A stretch of DNA of 33,063 bases, taken from Candidatus Micrarchaeota archaeon CG1_02_49_24 (GTDB lineage: Archaea; Micrarchaeota; Micrarchaeia; Anstonellales; UBA8471). A model generated the notes under the pieces. The model made no database searches. It worked only from the letters and a program-made list of their open reading frames with translations, and was not told the origin of the DNA. The translations under genes and the position numbers were made by a program. Positions 1-6,256 of this stretch are shown here, piece after piece (the first letter of the stretch is position 1; the number at the start of each line of letters is the position of its first letter). Location: assembly GCA_001871535.1 (NCBI GenBank), contig MNVF01000038.1, forward strand, positions 1 to 33,063. Reading direction: 5' to 3'.

Positions 1-2
1 TT

Positions 3-83
3 GAGCGACCAGCACCCGTAGCGTTTCCGAATGGTGCTGGCGTTGGTTTTGCCCCACGGCACAACCATGCGCAAAACTCGCTC
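3..83 (-). repeat. Family-A double-hairpin element, copy 4. It is in inverted orientation, lies 3' of the aconitase-X small-subunit gene, and its outer stem may continue past the left edge of the window.
   Basis: Read on the minus strand the layout is gagcg-a-[gttttgc N18 gcaaaac]-caacg-[ccagcac N18 gtgctgg]-t-cgctc. Plus-strand coordinates are stems 9-15/34-40 and 46-52/71-77, loops 16-33 and 53-70 (18 nt each), linker 41-45. Confidence 0.75.
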
Positions 84-107
84 CAAAAGGTCATGGAATA
101 CATTCAA

Positions 108-503
108 TTAAATCTTTACAATTCCCCTTTCCGCATCCACTTCAACCGTTTTCCCGCTTTCAATCTTGTCTATTTCGATTTTGTCAACGCATGGAATTTC
201 CGAAATAATGCAGCCGACTGCAACAATCGTTTCGCACTCCTTGTTAATTATTGCCGCTGGCGCCTTGCCGTTTTTTTTCAGCCTGTAAAGGGTGTAAGAG
301 CCGACGGTTGAGCCTTTCCCATTGGGAAACGCCAATATTTTGCCGGCAACGCTTTTGCCTTCCAATGGATGACCCTTTTCCACAATAATTCCGCTGTCCG
401 GGTCTACGCCGCCATAAAAAGATACAGGGGCTATTGAAACCATGGCCTCGCCCTTTGCTTTGCCGGAACAAATTTTTCTGCCTGTTAGGTTGACCATTTT
501 CAA
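108..503 (-). CDS. Phosphomevalonate dehydratase small subunit (aconitase X swivel domain, DUF126 family)
   Basis: The 131-aa ORF has DUF126-like motifs (VSFYGGVDP..G, ILAFPNGKGSTVGSY, APAAII). Its start abuts the stop of the upstream DUF521 gene at 504/503. It lies in an operon with UbiD and UbiX. Confidence 0.85.
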   Translation of the reverse strand: MKMVNLTGRKICSGKAKGEAMVSIAPVSFYGGVDPDSGIIVEKGHPLEGKSVAGKILAFPNGKGSTVGSYTLYRLKKNGKAPAAIINKECETIVAVGCIISEIPCVDKIEIDKIESGKTVEVDAERGIVKI

Positions 504-1676
504 TCACTCCAAAGCAACTTCAACCAATTTTTTCAATGGCAATATTTTTGTCTTGAACCCATTCATCATTTTCGCGTAATAACAGCCTTTTGCCGAATCT
601 GTCGCCAGGCATTTGAAGCGCCCTTTCAACGGCGAAACCGCCATGCAGGTGTCGCAGGCGAATTTTGCCCCTGCGTCTTCGATTGTTTTGGCAACCCCCA
701 TGCTGTCGGCAATCTTTTTTGTCGGTCTTGCCGTGCAAATCCAGAATTCCTTTCTGACTTTTTTCCCCTGCAATAGTTTTGCAACCTGTTCTATTTCGCT
801 GAGGGATGCGTGCGGGCAGCCGATTGAGACAAAATCCACATCTCCTGGGTCCGTCAAGGCAACGATTGCCTCATCAATTTCCTTCTTTGAAACTGAAACC
901 TTTTCTTTTGGCGCACGCGTCTTATAGGGAGTGATGCCTTCGATGTGGTATAATGCCGTTCCGCCGTAAGTTGCAATTGAAGCGCTGAAAGATTTCAGTT
1001 CTTCAATGGAGGCGCTTTTTATTCCTTTGATTAACGGGATTTTGTTCCCTATCATGTTCCCGATGACATGGCCCAATGCCCCGAAATCCGGAACATCATT
1101 TATTGCGCAATCGACTTCGACCACAACCTGCGCTTGCCTGTTTTCGTCAAGATGCAGGCCAAATTCCGGGGTTTTCCCGGTAAGGGCTGACGCCAATGCC
1201 GACGGCCCGCCTTCCCTGTTTGTTTTTGCCCCGATTACCGAATTGGCAAAAGCAACCGCGGAACTTTCGCTCCAGGCAATATGCTGCCCGAAGACCGGGA
1301 GATTTCCAACGAGGTAGGGGGTACAGGTGCATGTAGCAATAACCCCCATTCTCTTGAAAGCGCCGATTACCAGGTCCTGCTGCTTTGCAAAATCTTCTGA
1401 AAACCCAAGAGTGCGCCAGTTTTCCAGGTCCATTCCCGCGGGATTGAGGGTGGTCAAAACCCTTGCCCTCCCATCGCGGGCCATCTCTGCCAGGAACTCC
1501 AGGCCGGCTTCCCCCAGATTTTTATAGGACACCCCTGCAATCTGGACGCTTGAAACGTCAATAAGGCGCTTTGCTCCGAAAATTTCTCCCAATGCCACCA
1601 GGATTTCCATGGATTTTTTGACAGCATTTCCCTGTGCGCCGGAAAGCATCTGCTTTTCTGAAAAAGCCAGTTTCAT
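504..1676 (-). CDS. Phosphomevalonate dehydratase large subunit (aconitase X catalytic domain, DUF521 family)
   Basis: The 390-aa ORF has DUF521-like motifs (VQIAGVSY, TLNPAGMD, CTCTPY, WSESSAVAFANSV). It is adjacent to the DUF126 partner and to a UbiD-family gene. Confidence 0.85.
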   Translation of the reverse strand: MKLAFSEKQMLSGAQGNAVKKSMEILVALGEIFGAKRLIDVSSVQIAGVSYKNLGEAGLEFLAEMARDGRARVLTTLNPAGMDLENWRTLGFSEDFAKQQDLVIGAFKRMGVIATCTCTPYLVGNLPVFGQHIAWSESSAVAFANSVIGAKTNREGGPSALASALTGKTPEFGLHLDENRQAQVVVEVDCAINDVPDFGALGHVIGNMIGNKIPLIKGIKSASIEELKSFSASIATYGGTALYHIEGITPYKTRAPKEKVSVSKKEIDEAIVALTDPGDVDFVSIGCPHASLSEIEQVAKLLQGKKVRKEFWICTARPTKKIADSMGVAKTIEDAGAKFACDTCMAVSPLKGRFKCLATDSAKGCYYAKMMNGFKTKILPLKKLVEVALE

Positions 1677-1683
1677 AAAATCA

Positions 1684-3249
1684 CTACAAAAACCTTGTCA
1701 AATCAACCTTCGGGAAAACCGCTTTCCCGAAGTTCTTGCCATTCGCCTTCAACGGGGCAGTGCAGTCAAACCCGCATTTTGCGGTGAAGCACGTTCCGGG
1801 CTCGGCGCTCGGGTCCAGGCTTGAGCCTTTTTCCCTGGGTTTCATCACAAGGCCAGCGTCTGCCTGGAAGCGCGTTGCCATTGCCCACTCGATATCAAGG
1901 GGGTTGTAGATGTCAATGTCCTTGTCAACTATGAAGACGTGCTTGCAGCTTTTATGGCCTTCGAATGCCGCGGCAACCGCCTTTTTCCCGTCGTCTTCCT
2001 GCCGCTTGTCAATTTTGACTATCGCGTGCAGCCAGGAGCAGCCGCCTGGATTGATGTTCACGTCGAGGCATTTGACACCGGCTTCCTCAACCTTTTTGAA
2101 AATCGTGGGCTCGCGCGGCATGCCCATAATGACCTTGTGCTCAAGCTTGCCGGGCAGCAATGCCTGCCATATCGCATCTTTTCTATGGGTTATTCTTTTT
2201 ATCGTGAGCACCGGCTCCTGCCTTGTTATGTCTGTCGTCTCGGTAAGGTCAACAAACGGCCCTTCTGGGGCTTTTTCGTCAAGCCTGACAGTGCCCTCAA
2301 GTACAAACTCGCAGTCTGCCGGAATCGTGGCGTCAAACGTTTTCGCCCTTACAACCTTCAGCGACTCGAGCGAGTTTGCTATCTCCAGTTCGTTCAGGCC
2401 GAAGTCTACTGAGGTTGCGGCAGCAATAAGCACGTTTGGCGCATTGCCGACGCAGACCGCAACATTGAGCTCCTCGTTCTTTTTCAGCAGCTGGTCAAAG
2501 TGCCTGTCTCTTACGACCCGTATTGAAAATTTGTTCTTCCCTATCTGCATTGCCCTATGGAAATCCACGTTCTGTATGCCATCCTTGTCCCTTGTTATGA
2601 AGACCCCGGAACTTATGTAATTGCCGCCGTCTCCTTCGCAGTGGAAGAGTATGGGCAACTTGTCCAGGTCTATTTCCCCAAACTCCACTTCCTGGCAGGG
2701 CGCGCTTTTCACTTCCTCTGGCTTTGTGGGGTGCTCTATTGCCCGGGTTATCTTGGGGATAAGGCCGCCAGCATGAATACTCCGAGGGCTGAAGCCCTCG
2801 GTTTCTGCTGGGTAAACCTGTTCTGGTAATGTCTGTTGGGCTTCAGGCGAGAACCCAGCAGAAACCGCATAGGTGGGTGCGCTTTTTCCCAGCACTAAAC
2901 TGCTGGGTTTCGAGATATTTCTGAGCGAGTGCTGCGCTTGGGGTTGCCGTATGGCAGCACCAACGCCCGGGCCCAAACACCTATCTGTGCTGGCTCGGGT
3001 CGCTCCGGAATATCTCGGCGCACCCTCTGAGTATTCATCAATGCCGAAATAGGCGGCAACCTGCCCCTTGGTGGCAAAGATGTTTCCTGCAACCCTGAAG
3101 CCCGACCCCGTTATTTTTTCAAAAAGCACAGGCCTTTCGCCAGACCCGTTCAGTATGGCCGAAGCCTCCAATTTTCTTGAAACTGACTTTTTCACCGTTG
3201 TAAGCCGGCCCTGCGCGTCCAGCTTTTCAAGATAGCTGCGAAAACTCAT
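1684..3249 (-). CDS. UbiD-family decarboxylase, probably anhydromevalonate phosphate decarboxylase. It carries a ~91-codon in-frame insertion.
   Basis: The UbiD fold is recognisable over the whole ORF (PVLFEKI..GNIF, SAPCQEV, GNYISSGVFIT, PEGPFVDLTE, GGCSWLHAIV). ATG at 3249 overlaps the ubiX stop as ATGA, whereas the track start at 3258 is GTG. Residues ~75-165 are foreign to the family. Confidence 0.85.
   Translation of the reverse strand: MSFRSYLEKLDAQGRLTTVKKSVSRKLEASAILNGSGERPVLFEKITGSGFRVAGNIFATKGQVAAYFGIDEYSEGAPRYSGATRASTDRCLGPGVGAAIRQPQAQHSLRNISKPSSLVLGKSAPTYAVSAGFSPEAQQTLPEQVYPAETEGFSPRSIHAGGLIPKITRAIEHPTKPEEVKSAPCQEVEFGEIDLDKLPILFHCEGDGGNYISSGVFITRDKDGIQNVDFHRAMQIGKNKFSIRVVRDRHFDQLLKKNEELNVAVCVGNAPNVLIAAATSVDFGLNELEIANSLESLKVVRAKTFDATIPADCEFVLEGTVRLDEKAPEGPFVDLTETTDITRQEPVLTIKRITHRKDAIWQALLPGKLEHKVIMGMPREPTIFKKVEEAGVKCLDVNINPGGCSWLHAIVKIDKRQEDDGKKAVAAAFEGHKSCKHVFIVDKDIDIYNPLDIEWAMATRFQADAGLVMKPREKGSSLDPSAEPGTCFTAKCGFDCTAPLKANGKNFGKAVFPKVDLTRFL
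2764..3036 (+). repeat. Composite hairpin insertion inside the UbiD ORF (antisense to the gene). It contains family-A copy 3.
   Basis: Nested and adjacent inverted repeats account for most of it (a handful of short linker runs are left over). These are ccgagggc-tgaa-gccctcgg (2782-2801), ttctgctgggt/acccagcagaa (2803-2813/2853-2863), gggtgcgc/gcgcaccc (2875-2882/3018-3025), cccagca-ctaaac-tgctggg (2888-2907) and the core at 2911-3017. Confidence 0.8.
2911..3017 (+). repeat. Family-A double-hairpin element, copy 3
   Basis: The layout is cgagatatttctgagcg-a-[gtgctgc N18 gcagcac]-caacg-[cccgggcc N18 ggctcggg]-t-cgctccggaatatctcg. The loops are 2936-2953 and 2974-2991, both 18 nt. Confidence 0.85.
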
Positions 3250-3800
3250 TTGCCCCACCGCCTGAACTTTTCATTTTTAATTCCAAACAAATCCATTATC
3301 TTTCCGGTAATAAACGATTCCAAATCCTTTATAGTTTTGGGTTTATAATAGAACGCCGGAGACAGGGGGAAAACAATTACGCCATAAACCGAAAGGTCGT
3401 ACATGTTCCTCAGGGTAGGTGGGCTTAAAGGCGTTTCCCTGACGCACACCACAAGCCTTTTCCCAGTCTTCAGCATGTTGTCCGCGGCCCTTGAAATCAA
3501 AGTCGAGCAATCCGCCCTCGCAATCTCTGAAATGGTTTTAATTGAAGCCGGAATTACAATCATTCCATCCACCAGAAAGGAAGAGCTTGCAATGGGCGCA
3601 GTCATATCATGATTTGAAAAAACATGTGAAGCCAATTTTTTAATACTCGCAACCGTGCAACTGGTTTCTTCCACAACCAATTTTTCCGCCCAGTCGCTTA
3701 CCACCAGGAAGGTTTCAACCTTTGCCTCTTTCAGGGCATTCAGCAGGTCAATGGCGTAATTCACGCCAGATGCGCCGCAGATGCCGACTATAAGCCTCAA
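3246..3800 (-). CDS. ubiX: Flavin prenyltransferase UbiX (makes prenyl-FMN for the UbiD-family enzyme)
   Basis: The 184-aa ORF has an N-terminal MRLIVGICGASG flavoprotein motif and overall UbiX/Pad1 likeness. It is the first gene of the minus-strand operon. Confidence 0.9.
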   Translation of the reverse strand: MRLIVGICGASGVNYAIDLLNALKEAKVETFLVVSDWAEKLVVEETSCTVASIKKLASHVFSNHDMTAPIASSSFLVDGMIVIPASIKTISEIARADCSTLISRAADNMLKTGKRLVVCVRETPLSPPTLRNMYDLSVYGVIVFPLSPAFYYKPKTIKDLESFITGKIMDLFGIKNEKFRRWGK

Positions 3801-3889
3801 TAACTCACCCTAGAACATCAGATTTTACGAATTGAATGTAAATTATTGAAGTGCTGCCATTTAAAATCGGGGGTTTTGCCAATATAATT

Positions 3890-5113
3890 ATGGAAACTAC
3901 TAGTTCAGGGCAGCTATTCCAGCGCCTCAGGAAACAGGGCTATCACCTAGTGGGAAAACATTCTGCTGTGAAAGCCTGCAAATGGGCAGGCTGCGCACTT
4001 AGGAGAGAGGGCAAGTGCTACAAACACGCTTTTTACGGAATTGAGAGCCATCGCTGCGTCCAGTGCACGCCTGCATTGCAATTCTGCACCCTTTCATGCA
4101 GGTTTTGCTGGAGGATGATGCCCGAAATTTCAAAGCGAGTGCCGTATGAACCTGCACTTATTTGCGGCACCGACGCCCAAGCCCCTATGAAACCGCCCGA
4201 TGGCTTGGGTCGCTTGGAGATTTCGCCAGAGGAGAAATGGCAGAAATTGCCAACGGATTTTGAATGGGATGACGCAGGCACGATTATTGACGGACTGCTT
4301 ATGGGGCAGAAGAAACTTGTTTCCGGCTTTGGCGCATTTGCGGATAAAAAAATGTTCGGCGAAGCATTGGCTCCCAGGCATGCAGCCATAAGCCTTACCG
4401 GCGAGCCTACGATATACCCGCACCTTGGAGAATTGATTTGTGAATTCCATAAAAGGGAGATGACCACCTTCCTCGTGACAAATGGCACGCTACCTCAACA
4501 AATCCGAAAACTGGAAGCTGAAAAGCGCCTGCCCACCCAATTATATGTTTCAATGGTAGCCCCTGATGAGAAGACATACCTTCAGACCGCGCAAACCGAG
4601 GACAAACGGCTATGGAAAAACTATCTGGAAACATTGGAAATTTTGAAGGGAATTGGAAAATGTCACAGGACTGCGCTCAGGATGACGCTGGTGAAAAGAT
4701 TGAATGCAGGAACCCGAAACACACAACCCGAAACCCTGACATGTTGGAGCGAGCGCTCCGAGACGGCACTTATGGCAGGAGCGCCGACGCCCGAGCCACA
4801 GGACAATTCCATGAAGGCTCGGGTCGCTCCGACATGTCACCGAAACTGCATTGACGGTTATGCCAAGCAGATTGAGCTTGCCAAACCATGGTATGTGGAA
4901 GTGAAAAGCTTCGTTTATGTCGGAGGGGCAAGGAAGGAGGAGCGGGGCCTGTGCTTAAACGACATGCTCATGATGGAGGAGGTAAGGGAATTTGCAAAAC
5001 TGCTCGCTGAAAAAACAGGCTACATTATCGCGGCCGAGCATGCGCCCAGCAGGGTGGTGCTCCTGTGCAGGAATGAAAACGCAGCAGAAGGCAGGATAAT
5101 AAAACATGCCTGA
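3890..5113 (+). CDS. taw1: tRNA 4-demethylwyosine synthase Tyw1/Taw1 (radical SAM). It carries two in-frame insertions.
   Basis: Motifs seen are HSAVKACKW, the radical-SAM CTLSCRFCWR, SLTGEPT, FLVTNGT, LYVS and VEVKSFVYVGGAR. ATG at 3890 fits the family N-terminus, whereas the track start at 3851 is GTG. Confidence 0.85.
   Translation: METTSSGQLFQRLRKQGYHLVGKHSAVKACKWAGCALRREGKCYKHAFYGIESHRCVQCTPALQFCTLSCRFCWRMMPEISKRVPYEPALICGTDAQAPMKPPDGLGRLEISPEEKWQKLPTDFEWDDAGTIIDGLLMGQKKLVSGFGAFADKKMFGEALAPRHAAISLTGEPTIYPHLGELICEFHKREMTTFLVTNGTLPQQIRKLEAEKRLPTQLYVSMVAPDEKTYLQTAQTEDKRLWKNYLETLEILKGIGKCHRTALRMTLVKRLNAGTRNTQPETLTCWSERSETALMAGAPTPEPQDNSMKARVAPTCHRNCIDGYAKQIELAKPWYVEVKSFVYVGGARKEERGLCLNDMLMMEEVREFAKLLAEKTGYIIAAEHAPSRVVLLCRNENAAEGRIIKHA
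4124..4224 (+). repeat. Family-A double-hairpin element, copy 1 (inside Tyw1, sense orientation)
   Basis: The layout is gaaatttcaaagcg-a-[gtgccgt N18 gcggcac]-cgacg-[cccaagcc N18 ggcttggg]-t-cgcttggagatttc. The loops are 4146-4163 and 4184-4201. Confidence 0.85.
4703..4852 (+). repeat. 150-nt insertion inside Tyw1 containing family-A copy 2 (core 4738-4838)
   Basis: The outer clamp is aatgcag/ctgcatt (4703-4709/4846-4852). The core is gacatgttggagcg-a-[gcgctcc N18 ggagcgc]-cgacg-[cccgagcc N18 ggctcggg]-t-cgctccgacatgtc. The 5' arm carries aacccgaaac twice. Confidence 0.85.
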
Positions 5114-5135
5114 GAAAAAGTTGCAGGTGGGTTTT

Positions 5136-5756
5136 ATGAAACAAGTGCGAACGAGGAAATCTGAAAAAGTAAACAAAACAATTAAGGCGCTCATCATAGA
5201 TTTGGACGGCACTCTCGTGGATTCAACCGATTCGGTCATTCAGATGTACAATACGGTGTTCGCTGATTTCGGGCTGGAACAGCCCCATGAAAATAAGGTG
5301 CGGGCGCTCTTTGGCAGGACAACGCGCGAGTTCATAAACACCCTTGCGCCAGAGCTGCCGGATGACAGGAAAAAGGCCATGTTCAATGCCCTGAGAACGG
5401 CTACCATCGAGGTCGTGCCCTTGATAAAGAAGGGCGAGCTCTGCGGACATATCCCAAAGTTTGCTGAAAAATACAAGCTTGCAGTGGTAACCAACAGGGG
5501 AGAGAATTCCACCAACATCATACTTGAGAAGTTCGATATCCGCAAATATTTTGATTTGGTGGTCAGCGCAGTGCTCCACGAGCCAAAGCCCAGCCCGGAC
5601 ATGCTCTTTTATGTGCTGAAGCAGTTCGGAATATCCCCGGAGGAAGCGGTTTTCCTGGGCGACAGGGACGTGGATGCGATGGCAGGCGCACGGGCTGGTG
5701 TGAGAACACTATTGGTGCCTTTGGGAAAAAAGGCAATGGATGAATTGCTCGGCTAA
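5136..5756 (+). CDS. HAD-superfamily phosphatase (phosphoglycolate phosphatase-like)
   Basis: Motifs seen are IIDLDGTLVDS, VVTNR, KPSPD and GDRDVD. The start is either ATG 5136 or ATG 5106, the latter overlapping the Tyw1 stop. Confidence 0.8.
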   Translation: MKQVRTRKSEKVNKTIKALIIDLDGTLVDSTDSVIQMYNTVFADFGLEQPHENKVRALFGRTTREFINTLAPELPDDRKKAMFNALRTATIEVVPLIKKGELCGHIPKFAEKYKLAVVTNRGENSTNIILEKFDIRKYFDLVVSAVLHEPKPSPDMLFYVLKQFGISPEEAVFLGDRDVDAMAGARAGVRTLLVPLGKKAMDELLG

Positions 5757-6136
5757 CTAGGCCTTATTTTCCTTCTTGAGGTGGTTTTCCTTTGGACACG
5801 CATGACCATCCAATGGCCTGTGCGATTTGGCCCGCGCTTTGGAGGGATACGGATTATTTTTGGATAAAAAACCGTGACTGTCTGCGCAGGAGATTGAGCC
5901 TTAACCTTCATTACAGAAGACCTAACCGGCTTAGGGTCAATAGCGCCATTGCCGCCAGAATGAGTGGCAGGGTTCCCTTTTTTCCCGTTAGGCACTGACG
6001 CCCAGGGTGGCAAAGTGCCTGGGGATGCCGCAGGAACAACTTGAAGCGCACCTGCACGTGAAAAAACTCCTAACGGCGCAACTAGGCCTCGCAACTCCTC
6101 AAGCAAGACTAACCTTCTCTCAAACGGCATATCCAC
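5753..6136 (-). CDS. Hypothetical small basic, Pro/Gly-rich protein (doubtful)
   Basis: This is the only long ORF in a 500-bp gap and lies divergent from endA. It has no recognisable motif and a low-complexity composition. Confidence 0.3.
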   Translation of the reverse strand: MDMPFERRLVLLEELRGLVAPLGVFSRAGALQVVPAASPGTLPPWASVPNGKKGNPATHSGGNGAIDPKPVRSSVMKVKAQSPAQTVTVFYPKIIRIPPKRGPNRTGHWMVMRVQRKTTSRRKIRPS

Positions 6137-6256
6137 ACCCCGGTATTAGACATCCAATTCCAAATTGATTTTGTTATAGATATATTAAATACCGCTATTT
6201 AAAGCTTCTGGCGCAGGCAAATGCTTTTTTAAGTTTCGGAACTCAAATTTTGATGC

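Noticed and set aside
93-311. Plus-strand ORF of 72 aa.
   Set aside because: It lies antisense within the well-supported aconitase-X small-subunit gene, and its 5' end begins just 3' of the family-A repeat. It has no motif.
1910-2620. Long antisense or alternative-frame ORFs inside large genes. Examples are 1910..2620, 8571..8996, 13509..13862, 15804..16184, 17278..17724, 21875..22270, 26719..27354 and 29833..30282.
   Set aside because: Each overlaps a gene with clear family motifs or coherent membrane-protein features on the other strand or frame. Their products are Ser/Pro/Arg-rich, as is typical of shadow ORFs.
2764-4852. The structured in-gene insertions as canonical bulge-helix-bulge introns.
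   Set aside because: I could not place two 3-nt bulges separated by a 4-bp helix at any insert boundary. All inserts are stop-free and frame-preserving, which is unnecessary for introns. The UbiD copy is antisense to its host gene. The idea is kept only as a low-probability alternative under the endA finding.
5755-6093. The 10-nt direct repeat aactaggcct at ~5755 and ~6085 as a target-site duplication.
   Set aside because: Many 10-mer coincidences are expected by chance in 33 kb, and no terminal structure supports a mobile element.
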